Origin: Candidatus Thorarchaeota archaeon
GTDB lineage: Archaea; Asgardarchaeota; Thorarchaeia; Thorarchaeales; Thorarchaeaceae
DNA: 11,435 nucleotides
Assembly: GCA_048882385.1 (NCBI GenBank)
Contig: JBHLRQ010000096.1
Location: forward strand, 1 to 11,435
Reading direction: 5' to 3'
Each line of letters begins with the position of its first letter. Positions within the stretch are counted from its first letter, which is position 1. The position numbers and the translations under genes are program-made. The notes below the pieces were generated by a model that saw only the letters and a program-made list of their open reading frames with translations, did no database searches and was not told the DNA's origin. This document shows positions 1 to 7,518 of this stretch, one piece after another.

Positions 1-450
1 AAAGCGTGTGGCCTTGGTTAGCCGTACACCATCTATGATACTACCGTGATTCAGTTCATCTGAGATGATAGCATCGCTCTTGTCAACGAGCTGAGGAATC
101 AAGCCCTCGTTTGTCGTGAAGCCTGCGCTGTACGTTAATGCAGCTTCTGCACCCTTGAAGTTAGCCAGTCTACGTTCAAGCTCTAGGTGCAAGTCCATGG
201 TTCCGGCGATTGCTCGGACTGAACCTGAACCGACTCCATGTGTTTCAATTGCTTTCAGAGCCGCTTCCTTCATCTTTGGATGGTTGCTAAGGTTGAGGTA
301 GTTGTTACTACAGAGCATTATGACTTCTTTGCCATCAATCCTGGCACTTGGAGTAGAAGGACCTTGTAACTCCCTTATTTTCCAATCAAAATTCTGTTCA
401 ACAAGTTTGTTGTATTCATCTCTCATCCAACTAGTTGGGTCTCTTACCAT
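1..450 (-). CDS. kbl: Glycine C-acetyltransferase / 8-amino-7-oxononanoate synthase family PLP enzyme (Kbl/BioF), N-terminal part, truncated by the left edge
   Basis: Manual translation of the reverse strand (not in the ORF track): MVRDPTSWMRDEYNKLVEQNFDWKIRELQGPSTPSARIDGKEVIMLCSNNYLNLSNHPKMKEAALKAIETHGVGSGSVRAIAGTMDLHLELERRLANFKGAEAALTYSAGFTTNEGLIPQLVDKSDAIISDELNHGSIIDGVRLTKATRF. It has the family motifs SNNYL, GSGSVR.IAGT and SDELNHGSIIDG. A GGTGA RBS lies just upstream of the ATG at 450; an alternative in-frame ATG is at 462. Kbl versus BioF cannot be fully resolved. Confidence 0.88.
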   Translation of the reverse strand, partial: MVRDPTSWMRDEYNKLVEQNFDWKIRELQGPSTPSARIDGKEVIMLCSNNYLNLSNHPKMKEAALKAIETHGVGSGSVRAIAGTMDLHLELERRLANFKGAEAALTYSAGFTTNEGLIPQLVDKSDAIISDELNHGSIIDGVRLTKATRF

Positions 451-530
451 TATGTTCACCATATTCCTAAAATGGTCATCAAATGCCCTCTAAAATGGGG
501 CGAATCTTAGCGTGGGCCGGAATTTTCAGC

Positions 531-546
531 TATATATGGCCTTCGT
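531..546 (-). promoter_or_regulatory. Putative archaeal TATA box with purine-rich BRE-like sequence for the kbl-like gene
   Basis: Minus strand reads AACGAAGGCCATATATAGC about 80 nt upstream of the start, implying a leader of about 55-60 nt. Confidence 0.45.
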
Positions 547-572
547 TTCACACAAATCTTTGAATTCAGATT

Positions 573-1433
573 CTAGCTATGTTTGATGAACGTGCCTTCT
601 CGATACTCTCGAAATGCTAAATCTAATTCCTCTCTGTTATTCATGACAATTGGACCGTACCAGGCTATTGGTTCTCCTATTGGCATACCCGAAACCAACA
701 AGAATCTCAGCTGCTTGTCCTCAGCTTGGGCGATTATCTGGTCGCCATCCTCAAACAACACTAGGTGGTCTGATTCGATGAGTTGCTCTTTATCCTCGTC
801 GAAGTATCCATTGCCTTCAAACACATATGCAAAGACAGTGTGCCCTTTCTTTACAGAATGAGTAAACTTCTTTCCTGCTGGAACGATGACATCCATGTAT
901 TCTGGATCAGTAACAATCTCTGTGACAGGTCCGCATTTTCCATCTAACTTCCCACAGATGATTCTCACTTTTGCACCACTCTCTGTGACAACCACTGGTA
1001 TGTCTGAGTCCTTGATATCTCGGTATCGAGGATGCATCATCTTACTTGAGCTTGGAAGATTAGCCCATAATTGGAAGCCCATCATTAGACCATTTGATCG
1101 ATTTGGCATTTCTTGATGGATAATACCACTTCCTGCAGTCATCCACTGGACATCACCAGACTCAATGGTTCCAGCGTTACCAAGACTGTCTTCGTGTTTA
1201 ACCTGGCCTGAAATCATGTACGTTATTGTTTCAATTCCCCTATGAGGATGCCAAGGAAATCCCTTCATGTAATCATCTGGATTCTCAGATCCAAAGTGGT
1301 CTAAAAGAAGGAACGGATCCATGATGTCTGTTTCATGATATCCAAAAACTCGTTTCAACCGAACTCCAGCACCTTCTAGTGTTGGTCTACTTTTGAAGAC
1401 GGTCTTGATTCGTCGAATTTCTACCACTGTCAA
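573..1433 (-). CDS. Pirin family protein (bicupin)
   Basis: EGAGV, DPFLLLDHF, GFPWHPHRGIETITY, HEDSLGN, GDVQWMTAGSGIIHQEMP, QLWANLP and YGPIVMN motifs; Fe ligands H-x-H, H and E are intact. Start is TTG 1433 or GTG 1427, after GGAG. Confidence 0.96.
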   Translation of the reverse strand: MTVVEIRRIKTVFKSRPTLEGAGVRLKRVFGYHETDIMDPFLLLDHFGSENPDDYMKGFPWHPHRGIETITYMISGQVKHEDSLGNAGTIESGDVQWMTAGSGIIHQEMPNRSNGLMMGFQLWANLPSSSKMMHPRYRDIKDSDIPVVVTESGAKVRIICGKLDGKCGPVTEIVTDPEYMDVIVPAGKKFTHSVKKGHTVFAYVFEGNGYFDEDKEQLIESDHLVLFEDGDQIIAQAEDKQLRFLLVSGMPIGEPIAWYGPIVMNNREELDLAFREYREGTFIKHS

Positions 1434-1443
1434 ACACTCCGAT

Positions 1444-1486
1444 TGTTGCTAAATACTTCACAATGGTGAATTTAAGTATTGTAACA
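1444..1486. promoter_or_regulatory. Inverted repeat (operator-like) upstream of pirin
   Basis: AATACTT (1452-1458) N15 AAGTATT (1474-1480), inner TTCAC/GTGAA (1457-1461/1466-1470), outer TGTTGC/GTAACA. Overlaps a TATA-like TTAAAT on the minus strand. Confidence 0.5.
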
Positions 1487-1555
1487 GTGGCAAAAAATCT
1501 CATAGATATCGATTCAATAACTACTACTGCAAGAAAAGACGTGAAGGACTGACAT

Positions 1556-2323
1556 TCACATCTTTGCAATTTCTCTGATGAACTTGGTCAGATTCTCCAG
1601 GACAATATCTGCGATGATTTTTCCTTTCTCTCTTGTTGCACGAGTAGAATAACCAACTACACCTGACTTGGTTATCTCCTTGATGCTGCCAGAAGTGAAT
1701 ACTTTTGGACCAGACGCAAGCATGTCTGGCACGATAAATCCTGGAACCCTGCTCTTGCCAGGTTCATCAACCCTCTTGTCAGCGAGAACTCTCTGTCCAA
1801 GAAACCATGCGACTGATGTTTCAGTGTCGCATGCGTGATAAAAGGGTGGAGTTACAATCTCCCTGATCTTATCTCCAATCAGGCTATACCAGTTTGCATG
1901 GTAGACCGCTGCGTCGATATTTCCCTGCATGTCATGGAGTGCGTTTGATATTGCTGTCTCATTTCCTCCGTGTCCATTCACCAAGACTATCTTCTTGAAA
2001 CCGTGTTGAGCTAGGGAATGACAGACATCTGCAATCAAACTTGATAGGGTCAACTCGCTGAGAGTGATTGTTCCTTTGAATTCCATATGATGAGGTGAGA
2101 ATCCAAAGGTTATGGTAGGAGTCACCACAAGTTTATGTTCATCCCATAGCATATCAGCAGCTCTATGGGCAAACTCCGTTGCTATGAAATGGTCCGTACT
2201 TAAAGGGAGAGCAGGTCCGTGCTGTTCCGTGGATCCAAGTGGGACCAGTGCGATATCACACTCCTTGATTCGTTTCTCGACCTCTTGCCAAGTCATTCGT
2301 GCTAGCAGATACTCTTTCTCCAT
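1556..2323 (-). CDS. Creatininase-family amidohydrolase (creatinine amidohydrolase / ArfB / MftE family)
   Basis: MTWQEV, PLGSTEQHGPALPLSTD, GFSPHHMEFKGTITL, VNGHGGN, HACDTETS and SGVVG..TRATREKG motifs; the E/H/D/H/E metal ligands are present. The GAGGT RBS overlaps the upstream stop codon. Confidence 0.93.
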   Translation of the reverse strand: MEKEYLLARMTWQEVEKRIKECDIALVPLGSTEQHGPALPLSTDHFIATEFAHRAADMLWDEHKLVVTPTITFGFSPHHMEFKGTITLSELTLSSLIADVCHSLAQHGFKKIVLVNGHGGNETAISNALHDMQGNIDAAVYHANWYSLIGDKIREIVTPPFYHACDTETSVAWFLGQRVLADKRVDEPGKSRVPGFIVPDMLASGPKVFTSGSIKEITKSGVVGYSTRATREKGKIIADIVLENLTKFIREIAKM

Positions 2324-2332
2324 TTCCTAACC

Positions 2333-3076
2333 TCACTCTCGGTTTCCAAACATGGGTGATAGATGAATTATCATTTGTCCCAATAAGTAAGTCATTCCAA
2401 CTGCTTCAATACCACTGAGGAAGTTTGAGTCGATCTGTATTCGATATCCAAGGATGTAGTCTGATACAAAGAATAGCAGAAAACCAAGAATTAAACAAAC
2501 ACTGAAAAGGACTGGATAGTCGTCAAAGCACTTTGTTAGACTAAAAGCAAGTGATGATGTTAAAAGAATTCCATAACCAAACAGTCCAATACTAATCACC
2601 ATGTCTGCTGGGTTGAATAAGGTAAGGAAGAATAGGAAGAAGACCACTATTATACTCACTATCCAAATCAACAGATTTCTCATAATCAATTTTGGAGACT
2701 CACTTCTCAGTAATAGCGGTGAGCGAGTTCTGAGAGCTAAAATATACAGAATGTGTCCTGTGGAAAAGAACATGACGCCGTTTATGAGACTCTCCCCAGG
2801 AATGATGTAGAACACACCTGCCATTAGAAGGTCCGCAATGAAACATACTAACATTGCAATGAACATAATCGATACAAAACGTGACCAATCAGGGTTGTCC
2901 TTTTTCTCAATATAATTGACAAGAGCCAATACAACAATCATGGCTGATCCTGAGAGGAATATCCAATTTGGGGAATAAAGACCCACAAAAAGTTGAACCG
3001 TAATGACAGTTACTAATATGGCTAAAACAATCAATAGACGCAGTGTACCAAGTGGTGATTTCAACGAACTCGACAT
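2333..3076 (-). CDS. YhhN/TMEM86-family (lysoplasmalogenase-like) integral membrane protein
   Basis: About 7-8 hydrophobic segments with the ordered family motifs ADLLM, G..FFSTGHILY, LGFLLFFVSDYIL and TYLLGQ. GAGGTG RBS at 3085-3090 (minus strand). Confidence 0.8.
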   Translation of the reverse strand: MSSSLKSPLGTLRLLIVLAILVTVITVQLFVGLYSPNWIFLSGSAMIVVLALVNYIEKKDNPDWSRFVSIMFIAMLVCFIADLLMAGVFYIIPGESLINGVMFFSTGHILYILALRTRSPLLLRSESPKLIMRNLLIWIVSIIVVFFLFFLTLFNPADMVISIGLFGYGILLTSSLAFSLTKCFDDYPVLFSVCLILGFLLFFVSDYILGYRIQIDSNFLSGIEAVGMTYLLGQMIIHLSPMFGNRE

Positions 3077-3138
3077 TTGCCTTGCACCTCAATGAGTTAT
3101 CCAGATATGGTCTATCTCGCAAATGTTAAGGATTCCGG

Positions 3139-3163
3139 CTCTGATAAATCACCTTTATCAGAG
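3139..3163. promoter_or_regulatory. Perfect 10-5-10 inverted repeat in the divergent promoter region (operator and/or TATA element)
   Basis: CTCTGATAAA-TCACC-TTTATCAGAG. The right arm TTTATC sits about 25-30 nt before the GNAT ATGs (3178/3184). Confidence 0.6.
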
Positions 3164-3177
3164 AGAATATCGATATC

Positions 3178-3753
3178 ATGATTATGTACCATGGCGAGCT
3201 AGTCACTCTTCGTGCATTGGAAATGTCTGATCTCGACCATATCCTGAGATTCTTTAATACTCTCGAACTAAGGAAGTTTCTCGGACCACCAATTGTCAGG
3301 TCAAAGAAATACTTGGAACAATGGTTACGGAATGTTTCTGTGTGGAGCCCTTGGAGGGATGGACATCTTTACCTTGCTGTTGAAGAAAAGGATACTAAAA
3401 GTTTCCTCGGTATTGCACGAATAGAAGATATCCGATTGCCCCACAATAGAGGAGAAGTAGGTATCTCTATTTATGATCCTGCGATGAGAGGTAAGGGATA
3501 TGGAACAGATGCTATGCTTGTCCTTCTAGGTGTTGGATTCAATATTCTTGGCCTCAACTCTATTTACCTTGATACGATGGAGGACAACGAACGATCAATA
3601 AAGGTGTATGAGAAAATTGGATTCAGACGAGTAGGACTTCTTCGTGAAACCGAATTTATTGATGGAGCACACAAAGGGCTTCTGATAATGGATATACTAC
3701 GAAAGGAGTTCATGGAAAAGTATTCCGAAGGGACATTCAAAGAGCTTCGGTAG
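3178..3753 (+). CDS. GNAT N-acetyltransferase, RimJ/RimL/SpeG-like
   Basis: VTLRALEMSD, GEVGISI, acetyl-CoA motif RGKGYGTDAM, N.RSIKVYEKIGFRRVGLLRE and MDILRKEF. Start may be ATG 3184. Confidence 0.93.
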   Translation: MIMYHGELVTLRALEMSDLDHILRFFNTLELRKFLGPPIVRSKKYLEQWLRNVSVWSPWRDGHLYLAVEEKDTKSFLGIARIEDIRLPHNRGEVGISIYDPAMRGKGYGTDAMLVLLGVGFNILGLNSIYLDTMEDNERSIKVYEKIGFRRVGLLRETEFIDGAHKGLLIMDILRKEFMEKYSEGTFKELR

Positions 3754-5038
3754 TTTCTGCTCTAATTGAATCTCGATTTCTTTTCACAGCAATGTACATG
3801 GGAATAACGCTAATTGGATAAAGAGCCATAGCAATTGGGAAGACGATCACGCCAAAATCTGTCATGTTGGAGAAAAACCCAAGGCTTAGAATAACTGATG
3901 TAACCAAGGTCCCTGTCTGTCTTGGAAAGGTCCACATGACCCTTGTTATTGCAAAAGAACGTCCACGCCTTTTCTGACTTATTTCACCCATCAATAGTGA
4001 ATTATTTGCTGGTTGAGCCATGTTTGCCACCGCCTGTCGCGCGATATAGAACATCGCCATCAGCAGAAAGCCGTCTGGCCTTGGAGAAAATACTATTCCT
4101 AGAGTCAGAATTGGAGCAAGAATATACAGACCTGTTATCATCTTCAGCTTTCCTGTTCTTTCACTCATTAGTCCTACAAAGAGAGCACCAGAAGCCAAGG
4201 TCATATTCGCAACAGCTGGTAGACTTCCGAGTATCACTTCACTAGGATTGAATGCAGCAATAACCCACAAAATCATGTACGGTACTACCATTCCCGAACT
4301 GAATCCCATGATTAGTCGACTTACACCAAACAGTGTCGCAGTTTTAGCATCGCTACTTGCATCCTGAGTTCTCTCGAGTTGCTCATCAGCGATATTGTTA
4401 TTGTTAAGCATACCCTGTTTTTCCAGCCATCTTTCTGTAGTGAATCCAACAATTCCTGATGAAATACGAAGACCACCCATTATGAAGAACAATATCATGT
4501 ATCTGACTACAACGGGATTAATCCCTGGAAAAGCGGTTTCATCAAGTATGAGTCCTCCTAGGAAAGGTCCCGCAATCGCTGCTATGGTGGCTATAGCCAT
4601 CGTATATCCATATGATCTGGTTCTTTCATCCCCTCTCTTTGTTGCATCAGCGATCAAAGCCTGAACTGATGACATTCTAAAACCCGCGCCTACTCCTGTT
4701 GCAGCATAGAGAACCAGAACCATCATTGGATCTACAGTGAGGGGCAATAACACGATTACTATCCCAGAAAAAACTCCCCCAAAGAGGATTGCCAATCCTC
4801 TACCTTTTCTATCGCTAAGCATTCCAGCAGGAAAAAGGACTGCTGATTGTACATACCCTGCGATTGCTACTATAAGTCCATAGAATGCTTCATCAGATCC
4901 AATTGAAAGTACGAAGAGGGGAAGAACAATTGTATTGAACTCGCGGCTCAATCTATTCAAAGATGATAGCAACGAAAGTCTAGCAATCTTGGAAGCACTT
5001 ATTCCATGACGGCCATTGTCCAATACTGCTTCTTCCAA
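3737..5038 (-). CDS. Major facilitator superfamily transporter
   Basis: About 12 hydrophobic segments in two halves; MFS motif A GMLSDRKGR with its repeat GLMSERTGK; GPFLGG. TTG start is uncertain. Confidence 0.92.
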   Translation of the reverse strand: MEEAVLDNGRHGISASKIARLSLLSSLNRLSREFNTIVLPLFVLSIGSDEAFYGLIVAIAGYVQSAVLFPAGMLSDRKGRGLAILFGGVFSGIVIVLLPLTVDPMMVLVLYAATGVGAGFRMSSVQALIADATKRGDERTRSYGYTMAIATIAAIAGPFLGGLILDETAFPGINPVVVRYMILFFIMGGLRISSGIVGFTTERWLEKQGMLNNNNIADEQLERTQDASSDAKTATLFGVSRLIMGFSSGMVVPYMILWVIAAFNPSEVILGSLPAVANMTLASGALFVGLMSERTGKLKMITGLYILAPILTLGIVFSPRPDGFLLMAMFYIARQAVANMAQPANNSLLMGEISQKRRGRSFAITRVMWTFPRQTGTLVTSVILSLGFFSNMTDFGVIVFPIAMALYPISVIPMYIAVKRNRDSIRAETTEAL

Positions 5039-5085
5039 GCTGGCATCACAATCCTATGTAGAACAATCCTGCGGAGCAGTCTCCC

Positions 5086-5101
5086 TGATAATCTTTTATC
5101 A
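5086..5101. promoter_or_regulatory. TGATAA-N4-TTATCA palindrome / TATA-like element between the divergent MFS and ATPase genes
   Basis: TGATAA TCTT TTATCA; the same half-site as the palindrome at 3139-3163. Confidence 0.4.
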
Positions 5102-5139
5102 TACAGTTAGTTAGTTCGGTACATTCATATCATTTCGAT

Positions 5140-6780
5140 TTGATTGTCAATCTGCGTGAGGAGGTATTTACGATAACTCCACCTAATGAATCCCCCGTTG
5201 AATCTGACATTCAAATGTATTTGGAAATCCTTAGAGAAGACCCACCACTGAGAAGATATGTTTCGAGAGGTGATATACCGGATGATGTTGATATTCCCGG
5301 TCCGCACCAAGATGCTGATAGAGCGATTCTACGAGTTGCTCGATTCACAATGAAGGATTACACACCGAGATTCCAGCCTATCCTAGGGAAAGCAGGGATG
5401 GGGAAAACACATCTCTATTGGGTGATTAAGGAGAAAGAGGACCTCTTTGCTGCAGGAAGCTTCCTTGCTGTTTATGTCCCATCACCCCCATCAGCTGTTA
5501 GAATTCCCCTCCATCTACATGCATGCATAGTTGATGAAGGTGGGGATGAGCTGTTTGAAGATGCAGTTGACATGTTGATTTCTAAGTTTGGTGGTGTTAA
5601 GGGAGTAACACATGAGATCTATGATTATACATATGCAATGGAACGACTTCTTGTAGACTATCCAGGGATTTCATCCGATGCAGTCAAAGCACTTCTTCGA
5701 TACAGACTGGATCCTGCGATTCGTGATCTTTCACGAAGATGGTTACTTGGTGACGCTCTCAATGAAATGGAATTAGAGAGACTCGGTGTAAGAACTATAC
5801 TTGAAGAAGACGATGTAACAATGGCGATGCTCAAGATTCTTACTGAAGGATCAGAGAGACCTATTGTACTCTTTATCGATGAAATGGAAGGTCCATTCAA
5901 TGCATATGGAGAAGATGCTGAACGTCATTTCTTAGAAATTCTAAAGCGCATCTATAATGAAACAAAGAACGTAGTAATAATTGCTTCATGTTTAACTGAG
6001 ATTTGGGATAGAATCTACGCTCTAGCTGATGGCCCCACAAAATCTAGGATGGAGAGTCCTGTGCATCTCAAACTCTTCTCTCGTGATGACGTTGAATCCT
6101 TTGTTGTTGAAACTATGAATAAGTATTGGCAACAACAAAACATTGAACCCCCTTCAGACTCTCTATATCCGTACACTATAGATGACATAGATGCCGCATT
6201 CAACGAGAGTGGGGGTGTTCCTCGAGAAGCAATACGATATCTTATCCCCCGACTAGATGAGATCTTGTTTGATAAGAAGGATGCTGAGGTTGAAGAGCAA
6301 GAGGATTATGTAATCAAATTGACTGCAAATGTCGTGTTGAATTCTATAGTAGAAGCAATAGCGCTAGCCGCTCAGCCTCTTGGTATTGCGACTGATCTTC
6401 AGGTTTCAAGTGATGGAAAACAGAAGCAACAAACAGCTATTATTGAACTAACCAAAGAAGGTGTAACTCATTCCATTGGTATCGATTTACCAAATGTGAA
6501 GGATTGGAATCGGAGTGGTGGAGTGGCGGCTTTCTATTCAGCAAAACGGCTCAAGAAGGTCTTAGATGAGGATGCTGTACAAGCTTCAATCATTGCGATT
6601 CCCACAGAAACAAAGGGTGTCAAGTTTGATGCACTCTCAGGAGATCTTGGTAGTAAGATGCTTATTTTACGGTTTGATGAAGACACTGCAACAGAATTCG
6701 TTCGTAAAACCGGAGATAGCATTCTCCCCCACGGCTATGCTGAAGCAATCACAGGTTTGGTTGATGCTCTATTTGATTAG
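5140..6780 (+). CDS. Uncharacterised AAA+ P-loop ATPase (BrxD/DUF2791-like features) with an unknown C-terminal domain
   Basis: Walker A GKAGMGKT (5386-5409), Walker B PIVLFIDE (D-E at 5878-5883), putative arginine finger TKSRM, sensor-2 GGVPREAI. A long helical insert between the Walker motifs contains RWLLGD...LERLGV. TTG start is uncertain. The ATPase call is firm; the subfamily is tentative. Confidence 0.8.
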   Translation: MIVNLREEVFTITPPNESPVESDIQMYLEILREDPPLRRYVSRGDIPDDVDIPGPHQDADRAILRVARFTMKDYTPRFQPILGKAGMGKTHLYWVIKEKEDLFAAGSFLAVYVPSPPSAVRIPLHLHACIVDEGGDELFEDAVDMLISKFGGVKGVTHEIYDYTYAMERLLVDYPGISSDAVKALLRYRLDPAIRDLSRRWLLGDALNEMELERLGVRTILEEDDVTMAMLKILTEGSERPIVLFIDEMEGPFNAYGEDAERHFLEILKRIYNETKNVVIIASCLTEIWDRIYALADGPTKSRMESPVHLKLFSRDDVESFVVETMNKYWQQQNIEPPSDSLYPYTIDDIDAAFNESGGVPREAIRYLIPRLDEILFDKKDAEVEEQEDYVIKLTANVVLNSIVEAIALAAQPLGIATDLQVSSDGKQKQQTAIIELTKEGVTHSIGIDLPNVKDWNRSGGVAAFYSAKRLKKVLDEDAVQASIIAIPTETKGVKFDALSGDLGSKMLILRFDEDTATEFVRKTGDSILPHGYAEAITGLVDALFD

Positions 6781-6794
6781 AACTACCTAAGTCA

Positions 6795-6874
6795 GTGGTC
6801 CATTTGAGTATAGAAATTGATAGATATCTGCTCTAGCTCGCTTTAGGGATATGATGCTCGAATGGGAAACCCAC
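6795..6874 (+). other. Predicted long RNA stem-loop in the convergent intergenic region (3' UTR element or small RNA)
   Basis: TCCATTTGAGTAT (6799-6811) pairs with ATGCTCGAATGGG (6854-6866): 13 contiguous bp including 3 G-U pairs. Extended by GTGG (6795-6798)/CCAC (6871-6874); inner ATATC (6824-6828)/GATAT (6848-6852). Confidence 0.4.
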
Positions 6875-6877
6875 GTT

Positions 6878-7477
6878 TTAGGCATTTTGTGAATCATCTT
6901 CACCAGCTGACTCACTGTCTAACTTCATTGGCTCTTCAGTTTCTTTTTTCGGAAAGAATTCTGGCAGAACAACTATGACGATGAGGATAATAATCGCTAG
7001 AGGCAGTACACCTGGTTCTTGAAGAATAAGTGTAACATAGCCAATATACGGAATTGCAGATATAACAACACCAACTATATCGTCATATACCGTATAGGTT
7101 GGATCTGGGTGAGAATTGTTATCCCCTTGAGTATAATACCTATACTCACCATCGACGTACTCTCTTTGGATCACTCTGTGTACTACTGGAGCTTCAGTAT
7201 GCCAAGAGGCGTGAAATACAATGACATCATCGACTTCTATGTCCTCTGCAGCTTGTCTTTGAAGAACCAGTAGATGTCCTCTCTCAAGTGTTGGCGACAT
7301 GGAGTCACTAGTAACAACAACCAATGGTGTTGATGTTCCCATTCCAATTGTGAAGAGACCAAATCCTCCAAGGGTAGCTCCAATTATCAGCAAGATGAAA
7401 AACACTGTCTTTACAAACTCAGGCCACTGACTCCATCTTAGGGTCTGTCGCACTCTCTCCATATTGCTGACTTCCAT
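6878..7477 (-). CDS. sec11: Signal peptidase I, archaeal/ER type (Sec11, S26B)
   Basis: N-terminal TM helix, catalytic Ser in VVTSDSMSPTL, catalytic His in PVVHRVI, TQGDNN..PD, IPYIGY and a C-terminal TM helix with an acidic tail. TATA-like TTTTATTA at 7499-7506 (minus) favours a leaderless ATG at 7477; alternatives are TTG 7480 and ATG 7462. Confidence 0.93.
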   Translation of the reverse strand: MEVSNMERVRQTLRWSQWPEFVKTVFFILLIIGATLGGFGLFTIGMGTSTPLVVVTSDSMSPTLERGHLLVLQRQAAEDIEVDDVIVFHASWHTEAPVVHRVIQREYVDGEYRYYTQGDNNSHPDPTYTVYDDIVGVVISAIPYIGYVTLILQEPGVLPLAIIILIVIVVLPEFFPKKETEEPMKLDSESAGEDDSQNA

Positions 7478-7518
7478 CAAATCAAGTCCTTAGAGGTCTA
7501 ATAAAAGTGACTAACCAA

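Noticed and set aside
1-450. Possibility that the PLP enzyme is a serine palmitoyltransferase linked to the nearby lipid-related YhhN gene
   Set aside because: Same superfamily, but GSVRAIAGT and DELNHGSIIDG fit Kbl/BioF-type enzymes. The diagnostic PLP-lysine region is outside the window.
116-493. Plus-strand ORFs 116..301 and 302..493
   Set aside because: Antisense shadows of the kbl-like CDS, which the ORF track missed because it runs off the window edge.
2324-2335. In-frame readthrough from the YhhN gene into the creatininase gene
   Set aside because: The frame is shared, but a TAG follows two codons after the TGA (TGA GGT TAG GAA ATG).
5140-6780. A complete BREX or other defence island
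   Set aside because: No methyltransferase, PglZ, helicase, nuclease or mobility gene nearby; the neighbours are ordinary metabolic or housekeeping genes.
6812-6857. SECIS-like TGAT...TGAT within the post-ATPase stem-loop
   Set aside because: The core is not directly stacked on a helix, and the upstream ATPase has no in-frame TGA and ends in TAG.
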